A stretch of 64,000 nt of DNA. Source: Candidatus Pacearchaeota archaeon (GTDB lineage Archaea > Nanobdellota > Nanobdellia > Pacearchaeales > GW2011-AR1). Position numbers and translations under genes: made by a program. Under the pieces are notes generated by a model, which was not told the DNA's origin, made no database searches, and saw nothing but the letters and a program-made list of their open reading frames with translations. Position 1 is the first letter of the stretch. Every line of letters begins with the position of its first letter. The DNA is taken from assembly GCA_016181895.1 (NCBI GenBank), contig JACOYL010000008.1:8192-72191 (forward strand). The letters run 5' to 3'. Shown one piece after another: positions 1 to 9,093 of the stretch.

Positions 1-1
1 C

Positions 2-505
2 AATGCGCAGATTGAAACCTATTGCATGATAAATTCTCCGGACAACATAGAAAACTGCGTTCAGAGATATGCTTTCGGTTCCATAAGCACCACGGGAGCC
101 GCGACAAAAGAAGCCAGATTTTTGTCAATAATCAGCAACAACATTTATGTGATGATTTTCACTTTGATTTTTTCCCTGATTTTCGGGGCGGGCGCGATTT
201 TCATTCTTGCGTGGAATGCAAGCGTGATTTCAACGGCAATAGGGGTTTTTACAAGATACCAAATAAATGAAATTCCGATAGGATTGGCAAGATACATGAT
301 TCACGGATTTCCTGAAATCGCGGCATATTTCATCACGGCTCTTGCAGGAGGAATTTTCGGAGTCGACATAATAAGAAACGGATTCATGAACCTCAAATCA
401 TTGAGGGTGATTGAAAATGTTTTCATCCTTTTGTTCATCGCGATATTGCTTCTCGTTCTTGCCGGAGTTATCGAGGTTTATTTGACGCCGATTTTGTTCA
501 ATTAG
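2..505 (+). CDS. Stage II sporulation protein M / DUF95-family membrane protein (5' truncated by window edge)
   Basis: Frame open from window start; 'ISNNIYV', 'HGFPEIAAY' and 'AGVIEVYLTP' motifs typical of SpoIIM/DUF95. Confidence 0.8.
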   Translation, partial: NAQIETYCMINSPDNIENCVQRYAFGSISTTGAATKEARFLSIISNNIYVMIFTLIFSLIFGAGAIFILAWNASVISTAIGVFTRYQINEIPIGLARYMIHGFPEIAAYFITALAGGIFGVDIIRNGFMNLKSLRVIENVFILLFIAILLLVLAGVIEVYLTPILFN

Positions 506-544
506 TTAAGAAATCTTTATATACAATTATCTTTTCAGGTTTTG

Positions 545-3265
545 ATGCCTGAAGATTCAATAAATTTTGAAATAGAAGAAAGAAAGAAAAAGGTTTTCGG
601 TTTTTTAAAGGAAAAAAAAGAATGGATTACTTATCTTATCCTGGCTTTTATCATTTTTATCAGCCTTTACATAAGAACTAGGAACATTCCGCTTTTAAAA
701 GACATAACGACAAATGATTGGACTCTTGCTCCCGACTTGGATCCTTTTTTGTTTTTGCGCTGGGCGAAATACATAGTTGAAAACGGAACTCTTTTTGCCG
801 TTGATACAATGAGGTATGTTCCTTTGGGATACGACGTTGCGGGCGAACTTAAAACGCTTTCATATCTTATTGCATGGTTTTATCACGGATTTTCATTTTT
901 CAATTCCGAAATCACGGTAACTTATGCTGCAATATTGTTCCCTGTTTTCATGTTCGGGCTTACGGGAATTGCATTTTTTCTTTTTGCGAGAAAAATATTT
1001 TACAAGGAAAAAAAAGGGGTAAAGAATACGATTGCACTAATAGCCACTGCGTTTTTTGTCCTTATTCCTTCCTTGCTTCCAAGAACGATTGCCGGAATTC
1101 CCGAAAAGGAGTCCGCAGCATTTTTTTTCATGTTCATCTCCTTCTACTTTTTTCTTGAAGCCTTCACTTCTGAGAAATTCAGAAACAGAATAATTTTCGG
1201 ATTTCTTTCCGGATTTGCAACCGCAATGATGGCTCTTGTTTGGGGCGGCGTGATTTATGTTTTCTTTTCAATAGGACTTGCAACACTGCTTGCGTTCTTG
1301 CTTGGGAAAGTGAAAAAAGAAGAAATAATAATTTACGGAACGTGGCTTTTTACATCATTCGTTTTTATGATTCCATTCTCAACAAGGTATGCTCCTTACA
1401 ATCTTCTGGTTTCAGACTCAACAGGCTCTGCCATAGGAGTTTTTGGGATAATTTGTTTAAGTTTATTTTTTATGAAAATTGGAAAATTTGAAGAAACAAG
1501 AAAAAAAACAGGAATTCCAAAAGAATTGTTTTATTTTTTTGTCTCTGGAATTATAATTTTTGTTCTTGTAATTGTTTTTCTCGGACTTGATTTTGTTGTA
1601 AACCAGGCAATTAATGTAAAAAACTCGCTTGTGAATCCGCAAACAAGCAGATTCGGGCTTACAGTAGCGGAAAACAAGCAGCCGTTTTTCATAAACGATT
1701 GGAAGCAAAATTTCGGGCCTGTTTTCAGGGAAATCCCGCTGTATTTTTGGCTTTTTTTTACTGGAGCTGTAGTTTTATTCAACAATTTGATTGAAAAAAT
1801 GGGTAAAAAAGAAAAAATGTTTTTGACTTTCAGTTATTTCGTTTTCCTTGTTTGTTTGATATTCAGCAAATATTCCCCCGGAACAATTCTAAACGGAACC
1901 TCGGGGCTTAGTATTTTGATTTATTTTTTCGGCTGGATTTATTTCATAGGAACATTCGGATATTTTTATTACAAAAGGCACAAGGAAAATACGGATTCAA
2001 TATTTCATGAATTCAATTTTTCGTATATTCTTTATTTTATGGTCCTAACATTAGGCATCATAGGTTCAAGGGCGGGAATAAGATTGCTCATGGTTCTTGG
2101 AGCGGTAAGCCCGATAGCTGTTTCATTTTTGATTGTAAAAAGCTCTGAAAAATACTTGAATCAAAAAGAGGATTTCAGCAAATTTTTCTTCGGGGCGATT
2201 TTAATTCTTATTTTAATTTCCTCTATATTCACTTTATGGGTTTATTACAAATCTGATTTTGCGACAGGAAGTTCTTATGCTCCAGGAGCATATCAGCAAC
2301 AATGGCAGAAGGCGATGTCATGGGTTCGTGAAAATACAAATGAAAATGCTGTTTTTGCACACTGGTGGGATTATGGATACTGGATTCAAAGCATAGGGGA
2401 AAGAGCGACAATTTTAGATGGAGGAAATGCAATGGGGCAATGGAATTATTTAATGGGGCGTTTGGTTTTGACTGGAACAAATGAAAAAGACGCACTGGAA
2501 TTTTTGTACACTCATAACGGAACTCATTTGCTTATTGATTCCACAGAAATAGGAAAATATGCCGCCTTTTCCAGCATAGGCTCTGATGAAAATTACGACA
2601 GGATTTCATACATCCCAAATCTGTTAATGGATAATTCGCAGACAAAAAGTTTGGAAAACATAACAGCATATGTTTACCCTTCCGGTTTCAGCCTTGATGA
2701 AGACATAATAATAAATCAGGAAGGCAAAGAAATTCTCCTTCCAAGAAAAGTTGCGGGAATAGGTGCGATAATCCTTAAAGTTAATTCATCAGGAGAAATT
2801 TTACAACCCGAGATGATTTTTGTACACAACTCAAATCAATATACTCAAAAAATGAGATATGTGTTTGTGAATGGAAATTTGCGCGATTTCGGCTCTGGAA
2901 TTGACGCGGGCATTTTCATTTTTCCCAGAATTGACACTGCGTCAAACGGACAAACTTCCTTGAACAATCTTGGCGCTGCATTTTATCTAAGTCCGAGAGT
3001 AGTGCATTCAAATCTTGCAAATTTATATCTTTTTGGAAAGGAATCGGAAAATTTCAAACTCGTTCATACTGAGAGCAATTTGTTTGTTGAAAATTTGAAG
3101 CAACAAGGATTGAACTTCGGAGAATTTGTCTATTTCCAAGGATTCCAGGGACCCATAAAAATCTGGGAAATAAAATATCCTTCGGACATAAAATTCAATG
3201 AAGAATATTTAAGCATAGAATACCCTAGTGAAGAATTGGATGTGGCGAAACCCGGAGAATATTAA
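545..3265 (+). CDS. aglB: Archaeal oligosaccharyltransferase AglB (STT3 family)
   Basis: Multi-TM N-terminal half, DLDPFLFLR, TVAE, WWDYG, DGGN motifs. Confidence 0.96.
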   Translation: MPEDSINFEIEERKKKVFGFLKEKKEWITYLILAFIIFISLYIRTRNIPLLKDITTNDWTLAPDLDPFLFLRWAKYIVENGTLFAVDTMRYVPLGYDVAGELKTLSYLIAWFYHGFSFFNSEITVTYAAILFPVFMFGLTGIAFFLFARKIFYKEKKGVKNTIALIATAFFVLIPSLLPRTIAGIPEKESAAFFFMFISFYFFLEAFTSEKFRNRIIFGFLSGFATAMMALVWGGVIYVFFSIGLATLLAFLLGKVKKEEIIIYGTWLFTSFVFMIPFSTRYAPYNLLVSDSTGSAIGVFGIICLSLFFMKIGKFEETRKKTGIPKELFYFFVSGIIIFVLVIVFLGLDFVVNQAINVKNSLVNPQTSRFGLTVAENKQPFFINDWKQNFGPVFREIPLYFWLFFTGAVVLFNNLIEKMGKKEKMFLTFSYFVFLVCLIFSKYSPGTILNGTSGLSILIYFFGWIYFIGTFGYFYYKRHKENTDSIFHEFNFSYILYFMVLTLGIIGSRAGIRLLMVLGAVSPIAVSFLIVKSSEKYLNQKEDFSKFFFGAILILILISSIFTLWVYYKSDFATGSSYAPGAYQQQWQKAMSWVRENTNENAVFAHWWDYGYWIQSIGERATILDGGNAMGQWNYLMGRLVLTGTNEKDALEFLYTHNGTHLLIDSTEIGKYAAFSSIGSDENYDRISYIPNLLMDNSQTKSLENITAYVYPSGFSLDEDIIINQEGKEILLPRKVAGIGAIILKVNSSGEILQPEMIFVHNSNQYTQKMRYVFVNGNLRDFGSGIDAGIFIFPRIDTASNGQTSLNNLGAAFYLSPRVVHSNLANLYLFGKESENFKLVHTESNLFVENLKQQGLNFGEFVYFQGFQGPIKIWEIKYPSDIKFNEEYLSIEYPSEELDVAKPGEY

Positions 3266-3266
3266 A

Positions 3267-4262
3267 ATGGAACCTTTGTTGATTTTACCGTTGCTTGTAG
3301 GATTTTTTCTGACTTTATTTTTTGTTCCAATCTGGATGAAAAGGGCCAAGAATGTCAATTTTGTGGGAAAAGACATTCATAAAATCCAGAAAAAAGACGT
3401 GGCTGAAATTGGCGGGATTTCCACGCTGATTGGATTTGTTCTAGGAACCCTTGTTTATATTGCAATAAAAACATTTTATTTTAAATCAACGGAAAACTTG
3501 ATTGAAATTTTTTCCTTGCTGAATGTCATCTTAATGGTTTCTTTCATAGGTTTGTTTGACGACCTTCTAGGGTGGAAAATCGGACTGAACAAAAAAATCA
3601 GGATTTTTCTCTTGATTTTTGCGTCAATTCCTCTTGTTGTGATAAATGCAGGGGAATCTGAAATGATTGGAATTGAATTCGGATTGCTTTATCCGTTGTT
3701 TTTCATCCCGCTTGGAATCGTGGGCGCGAGCGCAACATATAATTTTCTTGCAGGATACAATGGATTGGAAGCAAGCCAGGGAATTTTGATTCTTTCCGCT
3801 TTGTCGTTGGCAACTTGGCTTTCAGGAAACAGCTGGCTCAGCCTTGTTTCATTGATAATGGTTTTCTGCCTCGCTGCATTTTATATTTACAACAAATATC
3901 CTTCGGAAATTTTTCCCGGAGACATTTTAACATATTCCGTAGGAGCTATAATTGCATGCATTGCAATTCTGGGAAATATTGAAAAAATCGCTGTTTTCTT
4001 TTTTATTCCGTATATAATTGAAACAATTTTAAAAACAAGAGGGAAATTGAAAAAGGAAAGCTTTGCGAAATTGAACAAAGATGAAACTCTTGAAATGCCG
4101 TATGAAAAAATTTACAGTTTAACGCATCTTTCATTGTTCATCCTGAAAAAAATAAAACCAAGCAAAAAGATTTATGAAAAAGAGGTTGTTTACCTGATAA
4201 ACTTTTTCCAGATTATCATAATAATCTTGGGATTTGTTTTATTCGGAAACGAATTAATATAG
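3267..4262 (+). CDS. aglH: UDP-GlcNAc:polyprenol-phosphate GlcNAc-1-phosphate transferase (AglH/Alg7, MraY-like family)
   Basis: GKDIHK, GLFDDL, NFLAGYNGLE, FPGD motifs; ATG 2 nt after aglB stop. Confidence 0.88.
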   Translation: MEPLLILPLLVGFFLTLFFVPIWMKRAKNVNFVGKDIHKIQKKDVAEIGGISTLIGFVLGTLVYIAIKTFYFKSTENLIEIFSLLNVILMVSFIGLFDDLLGWKIGLNKKIRIFLLIFASIPLVVINAGESEMIGIEFGLLYPLFFIPLGIVGASATYNFLAGYNGLEASQGILILSALSLATWLSGNSWLSLVSLIMVFCLAAFYIYNKYPSEIFPGDILTYSVGAIIACIAILGNIEKIAVFFFIPYIIETILKTRGKLKKESFAKLNKDETLEMPYEKIYSLTHLSLFILKKIKPSKKIYEKEVVYLINFFQIIIIILGFVLFGNELI

Positions 4263-5198
4263 ATGAAAATAAAAAAATATCTTCCATTAATAGGAATAGG
4301 AATTTTCGTTTTTTTGTTGTTTAAACTTAATATTTCAAAGATATTTAATGAAATATTAAATGCAGATGTAAGATTTTTAGTTGTTGCATTATTCCTTGTC
4401 TTTGTCGCTTTCTTCACCACAACATTAAAATGGTTCATAATTGCAAGGAAACAAAAAATTAATGTTCCTTTTTATGATGCATTCAAAATAAACATGATTT
4501 CGGGATTTTATGGTTTTATCACGCCTTCCAGAATCGGAAGCATAATAAGAGTGGAGTATTTAAAAAAATTTAGCAAAAACAGATTCGGGAAAGGAATAAG
4601 CAATTATGTTCTTGAAAAAATTCTCGACCTTGGTTCTTTATTCTTCATGGTTTTGATTTCTTCTTTCGTGTTAAAAGACGTGCTTTCGATAACATATTTC
4701 CATTATGCGCTTGCCGGATTTCTGATAATTTTAACAATGATTTTAATTTTCAGGGACGAGAAAAGAAGCAAGGATATATTAAGATTTTTCTATCTTAAAT
4801 TTTTGCCGAAAAAAATCAAAGAGATGGCAAAAGACGGATTTTATTCATTCTATGAAGACATGCCTGAAAAAAAATATTTTGCTCTTTTTTTTATTTTCAA
4901 TATTCTTAACTGGATTATCCTTTATTCAATTTTCTTTTTCATAGCCCTTTCCGTAGGGATAAAAGTTTCATTCATTTATTTTCTTCTTTTCATGCCGATT
5001 GCAACTTTTGTCGGACAAATACCAATAACAATTAACGGATTGGGAACACGAGAGGCGGTATTGATAAGCCTTTTCGGATTTCTTGGAATTGAAGCGACAA
5101 AAATCTTTTCAATGTCTCTAATAAATCTCGTGATAAACGGGATTTTCCCTGCATTGATAGGAATGGTCTTGGCTTTGAAATATAAGAATGTTAAATAG
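4263..5198 (+). CDS. UPF0104 / AglD2-like flippase-like membrane protein
   Basis: TPSRIG, EKILD, PITINGLGTRE motifs; hydrophobic. Confidence 0.85.
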   Translation: MKIKKYLPLIGIGIFVFLLFKLNISKIFNEILNADVRFLVVALFLVFVAFFTTTLKWFIIARKQKINVPFYDAFKINMISGFYGFITPSRIGSIIRVEYLKKFSKNRFGKGISNYVLEKILDLGSLFFMVLISSFVLKDVLSITYFHYALAGFLIILTMILIFRDEKRSKDILRFFYLKFLPKKIKEMAKDGFYSFYEDMPEKKYFALFFIFNILNWIILYSIFFFIALSVGIKVSFIYFLLFMPIATFVGQIPITINGLGTREAVLISLFGFLGIEATKIFSMSLINLVINGIFPALIGMVLALKYKNVK

Positions 5199-5246
5199 AG
5201 GTTTAAGAACCATAATGCTTTTAATGAAAATCCATGAAAGAGGTTG

Positions 5247-6050
5247 ATGGGGGAAAAGGGGAAAGTCAGCCTCGTGATTCCAGCGCATAATGAAGAAAAG
5301 AGGATTGGAAAAACTCTTAGTATTTATCTGAAATATTTTCTTGATCTAAAAAATAAAAACGAAAATGATTTTGAAATCATCGTTGTTTTGAACAATTGTT
5401 CAGATAATACCTTGTCAATTGTCGAGAAATTCAAATACAATGAACTGAAGATTTTAAATTTCAAACAAGGAGGAAAGGGGTTCGCGATAACAGAGGGATT
5501 CAAGGAATCATTGAAAGGAAATTCAACATTGATAGGATTTGTAGACGCAGATGCCGCAACACCACCCAATGCATTTCATGGATTGATTAGGCATATCGGA
5601 AACGCAGACGGAATAATTGCAAATCGCTGGGACAAGAGGAGCAAAATCCAACCAGAACATACTTTTATGAGAAAAATTACAAGCGCAGGATACAACACGA
5701 TTATAAGAAGTTTGTTCTTTTTTCCATTTCAAGACACGCAATGCGGCGCAAAGTTGTTCAAACGCGGGATTCTGGAAAAAAATATTCACAAAATTGCTTC
5801 AAGCCAATGGAATTTTGATGTCGCGCTTTTGTTTTGCTTGAGAAGAGAAAGCAAAGCAAGAATAAAATCAATCCCGACAATGTGGAGCGACATAAAGGGT
5901 TCAAAAATAAACTTGAGAAGCGCGCCGACAAGAATGTTTCTTTCGGCAATAAGACTTAGAATAATGCATTCGCCTTTCAAAAGTTTTTTAAGAATTTATT
6001 GGAAACTCATTCCTGAAAAATGGAAGATAAGACAGCACAATAATCTTTAA
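5247..6050 (+). CDS. GT2 dolichyl-phosphate glycosyltransferase (Alg5-like)
   Basis: VIPAHNEE, GKGFA, FVDAD, DTQCGAKLF, FDV motifs. Confidence 0.88.
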   Translation: MGEKGKVSLVIPAHNEEKRIGKTLSIYLKYFLDLKNKNENDFEIIVVLNNCSDNTLSIVEKFKYNELKILNFKQGGKGFAITEGFKESLKGNSTLIGFVDADAATPPNAFHGLIRHIGNADGIIANRWDKRSKIQPEHTFMRKITSAGYNTIIRSLFFFPFQDTQCGAKLFKRGILEKNIHKIASSQWNFDVALLFCLRRESKARIKSIPTMWSDIKGSKINLRSAPTRMFLSAIRLRIMHSPFKSFLRIYWKLIPEKWKIRQHNNL

Positions 6051-6699
6051 AAATGAAAATAAAAGAGGTACTTTATGATTATAGATGACTTGTTCAAAGA
6101 TTTAACAGATTATAGTGGAAAATTAGAATATGTTGAAGTAAATGGAAGAAGGTACAGGACAAAAACTGACGCAAATCCTTCTATAATTTTGGGGCAAGCT
6201 TTTGGAGCAAATTATGATAAGAATTCTTATAATCAAGTTCTTGCCGAATCTGTCATAGATGCAAGACAATTTTTTGGCGATGAATTAGCCGTGATTGTAC
6301 AATCTGAAATCGGAAAATGTTTGGATGAGTATGGAGAATTTTCGTATCATTCTATTGGGGAAGTTTACGAGGATGATGAAATCTCGAAAATAGGAGTCTT
6401 TTCCAAAATAGATACTCAAGGAGTCTTGAAATTATCTGAAGAAGTCTTGAAAAAATTAGGATTAGAAAAAGAAGAAATAGTTTATGTCGCACATCCAGCA
6501 CATGTTTATAGAGTTATGAAAATTGGAAATAAGATTGGATTTAATGGTTTTCCTTTTATCTCAAAAGATGTTGAATGGGCTTCTGGAGAAATTCAGCCCT
6601 GGACTCGTTCAAAATATTTTTGGATTCCAAGGGAAATAGCCACACGAATTCATCATAAAATAAAAGGAATTATGTGAATGTTTACAATAATCTTTAAAA
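6037..6699 (+). repeat. 16-bp direct repeat ACAATAATCTTTAAAA (6037-6052 and 6684-6699) bracketing ORF 6075-6677; both copies are TATA-like promoters
   Basis: Exact match read from sequence; each copy ends 21-22 nt before an ATG. Confidence 0.75.
6075..6677 (+). CDS. Hypothetical protein, possibly DUF218/ElyC-like
   Basis: 200-aa ORF; 'VAHPAHVYRV' and 'PRE' resemble DUF218 motifs. Confidence 0.5.
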   Translation: MIIDDLFKDLTDYSGKLEYVEVNGRRYRTKTDANPSIILGQAFGANYDKNSYNQVLAESVIDARQFFGDELAVIVQSEIGKCLDEYGEFSYHSIGEVYEDDEISKIGVFSKIDTQGVLKLSEEVLKKLGLEKEEIVYVAHPAHVYRVMKIGNKIGFNGFPFISKDVEWASGEIQPWTRSKYFWIPREIATRIHHKIKGIM

Positions 6700-6720
6700 C
6701 TTCATTCTCCTGTTTGATTT

Positions 6721-7761
6721 ATGAAATTTTCGCTTATTATCCCCCTTGCTCCAGAAAGAGATGCACCGATATTGGAATCAATAAAGCAATTGGATTATCC
6801 GAAAAAAGATTTTCATGTAGTGGTTGTCGCGGGAAGAAATCCAAGCGAGAACAGGAACAAAGGAGCTGAAAAAGCAAAGGGGGAGATTCTGGTTTTTCTT
6901 GATGATGACGCAATAATTCATAAAGATTATTTGAGAAAAGCCGACGAATTTTTAAAAAAATATCCATGGATTGACATTGTCGGCGGACCGCAATTGAGTC
7001 CTTTTGAAGAGAAAGGTTTTGCAAAAATCTCAGGCTACGGATTGACATCAAAATTCGGCGCATGGAGCGTTGCACACAGATATTCAATGAGAAAGGAAAA
7101 TTTCAATGCCGATGAGAGCATGCTTACAAGCGCAAATCTCATCTGCAGAAAAGATGTTTTGAAAACAATAAAGTTTGACACAAATCTTTTTCCGGGCGAG
7201 GATCCGAAATTCATTGACGATGCTAAAAAGGCTGGATTCAAAATTGCCTACAGTCCCGAATTTATTGTCTATCACAAAAGAAGGCCAACAATCAAAGCCT
7301 TCATGAAGCAAATGTTCAATTACGGAAAAACAAGGCCGTTCAAGGAAAATCTTAGGGAAACTTTGAAAAAGCCGTATTTTCTCATTCCTAGCCTGTTCCT
7401 TGTTTATCTTGTTGCATTTCTTATAATAATCATATCCAATCTGACGATAACGGGAAATGCCGTCGGCAGTTATTGGATTTTCGCGAAGATTCCTTTTTTC
7501 AACGTGCTTAATTTGCTTCCTGCAACGGCGTATTTCATACTTTCAATAATCTTTGCAATACACGACTCGATAAAAAATCACAATCTTGGAGCAGCCATAT
7601 TCCTGCCTTTTATTTATTTGCTAATCCATATGTCTTACGGGGCGGGAATGATTTACGGATTTTTCAAGAAAAATTTCACAGACAAATCTGTCAACAGCGA
7701 GTTTGGCAAAAAAAGCAAATCAGCGACAAAAATAGCAATGGTTGAAAAAACAATCTTTTAA
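6721..7761 (+). CDS. GT2 glycosyltransferase with C-terminal TM segments
   Basis: RNKGA..AKGEILVFLDDD, GED, KQMFNYG motifs. Confidence 0.9.
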   Translation: MKFSLIIPLAPERDAPILESIKQLDYPKKDFHVVVVAGRNPSENRNKGAEKAKGEILVFLDDDAIIHKDYLRKADEFLKKYPWIDIVGGPQLSPFEEKGFAKISGYGLTSKFGAWSVAHRYSMRKENFNADESMLTSANLICRKDVLKTIKFDTNLFPGEDPKFIDDAKKAGFKIAYSPEFIVYHKRRPTIKAFMKQMFNYGKTRPFKENLRETLKKPYFLIPSLFLVYLVAFLIIIISNLTITGNAVGSYWIFAKIPFFNVLNLLPATAYFILSIIFAIHDSIKNHNLGAAIFLPFIYLLIHMSYGAGMIYGFFKKNFTDKSVNSEFGKKSKSATKIAMVEKTIF

Positions 7762-7784
7762 AAGATAATAAATGAATAAACAAA

Positions 7785-7946
7785 ATGGTTAAGCAAAATT
7801 TTTATAGATGCCCGAAATGCGGGAGATTTTACGAGAGTTTGAGATACTGCACGGAGCACGAAAACGACCCGAGCGTGAACATGAGCGAATGGAAATGCTT
7901 TGAGTGCGAGATAAATGTTATAAAAGAGATTGAGAAGAAGGGATAA
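7785..7946 (+). CDS. Small Zn-finger-like protein (53 aa), not in ORF track
   Basis: MVKQNFYRCPKCGRFYESLRYCTEHENDPSVNMSEWKCFECEINVIKEIEKKG; CPxCG and CxxC; TATA-like element upstream. Confidence 0.65.
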   Translation: MVKQNFYRCPKCGRFYESLRYCTEHENDPSVNMSEWKCFECEINVIKEIEKKG

Positions 7947-7976
7947 TTTTATAAGGCAGGATGTTTCTGAATTTTA

Positions 7977-8456
7977 ATGACTGAAAGAATGATAGCAAGA
8001 AGGAATGAAAATTATGGGGTATTTAGAGAGATGGGAAGAGATGTCTCAGATATTGTTTATGGGATTGGAAAATTTTTTGGAGGAAACTTTGTAATGCCTA
8101 CTTGGTTTAGAAATCATGGTCCTCAAGGCGGCGGAGGCACGTGTGGAGGAGATGATGTGGAAGGATCTGCTCAAATAATGCTTGGACTTTTTGGTAATTT
8201 AACCAGTATGTCAACAATAGCAATATTAACTAATAAAGGAGATTCTTCCAACTATTGGGCTTGGGCTGTTCCCTCTTCAGTTTGGTTAACAACAAACATC
8301 GCAAGCGCGGGATACGAATGGTATAGAAGTGCAAGAATTAGGAAGAGAGAAATTAGATATTCATCCCTGTTTTCAGACAGAGAGATAGATTCTCTAAGTG
8401 TTGATGAACTTGCTCAAAAATATTTTGAAATGGATGGAAAGAGAAATAATCATTAG
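7977..8456 (+). CDS. Orphan membrane protein, paralog of 57939-58337
   Basis: Shares EMGxD, FxxPTWxR and TNxASxxYEWxRxA motifs with 57939-58337. Confidence 0.7.
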   Translation: MTERMIARRNENYGVFREMGRDVSDIVYGIGKFFGGNFVMPTWFRNHGPQGGGGTCGGDDVEGSAQIMLGLFGNLTSMSTIAILTNKGDSSNYWAWAVPSSVWLTTNIASAGYEWYRSARIRKREIRYSSLFSDREIDSLSVDELAQKYFEMDGKRNNH

Positions 8457-8457
8457 C

Positions 8458-8505
8458 GCTGGAGTTAGGACACAAGGTCTACAAAACCGAAGTTTTGCCT
8501 CCAGC
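8458..8505 (-). ncRNA. Candidate 48-nt structured RNA (three-way junction with cUUCGg tetraloop)
   Basis: Minus strand GCTGGAG..CTCCAGC closing stem, CAAAAC-TTCG-GTTTTG hairpin and a second bulged hairpin; TTTATATA box ends 21 nt upstream. Confidence 0.4.
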
Positions 8506-8509
8506 AAAA

Positions 8510-8534
8510 ATATATGATTTAAATCATATATAAA
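8510..8534. promoter_or_regulatory. 22-bp perfect palindrome ATATATGATTTAAATCATATAT overlapping a bidirectional TATA box
   Basis: Palindrome 8510-8531; TATATAAA at 8527-8534 lies 24 nt before ATG 8559. Confidence 0.55.
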
Positions 8535-8558
8535 AGTTTTGGTTGTGGTTTATTGAAC

Positions 8559-8711
8559 ATGAAAAAATGCCTTGTTTGTATGGACAAATGTAATGATGAT
8601 GGAAGCCAGAGTTTTCCAACACCATATAAAAATTGGCGTCTTTGTAGTCCTGAGTGTACAAGAAAGTATTACAAGAATCCGAAAAAATACAAACCTAAGA
8701 AGAAAAATTAA
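8559..8711 (+). CDS. Small YHS/TRASH-like metal-binding protein (50 aa), not in ORF track
   Basis: MKKCLVCMDKC...WRLCSPECTRKYYKNPKKY matches CxxC...CSxxC..F..nPxkY pattern. Confidence 0.7.
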   Translation: MKKCLVCMDKCNDDGSQSFPTPYKNWRLCSPECTRKYYKNPKKYKPKKKN

Positions 8712-8749
8712 TTCAGAACCTTTATAAATAAAAGATTTTAACTGTTCCA

Positions 8750-9052
8750 ATGTCATTATCTAATAGACGAGGAAGATTTGCCCTATACACATCTGTTTTT
8801 ATTTCGGGGACTTTATCAGGCATTGTTACGGAAGATTTTTTGCACCCCTATCTGCCTGATTTTATTGCAGGTGAACCTAAAAAGATAGTGCATCTTATAG
8901 ATATCAACGGGGATGGTGTGAGTGATTCCATAGAAAAAAGGGGAAATATCATTCCTTCCTTTATAGTCTATCTCAGTGATGTAAAGGATAACAGAGTAAC
9001 TTTTAATCGTTCACCAGAGGTATATTTCTTTAGTCTTCCTTCATCAGAATAA
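8750..9052 (+). CDS. Small membrane-anchored protein with DxNxDG Ca-binding-like loop
   Basis: N-terminal hydrophobic segment; DINGDGVSD. Confidence 0.55.
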   Translation: MSLSNRRGRFALYTSVFISGTLSGIVTEDFLHPYLPDFIAGEPKKIVHLIDINGDGVSDSIEKRGNIIPSFIVYLSDVKDNRVTFNRSPEVYFFSLPSSE

Positions 9053-9093
9053 TTTATCATAATACTTTTAAAGTCCTTAATCCTAGGTTAACA

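Noticed and set aside
8456-8481. Split-tRNA half (GCGCTGG and GGTCTA match the tRNA-Gly 5' end)
   Set aside because: The matches are short and non-contiguous, with no anticodon or T-loop; kept only as a generic structured-RNA candidate
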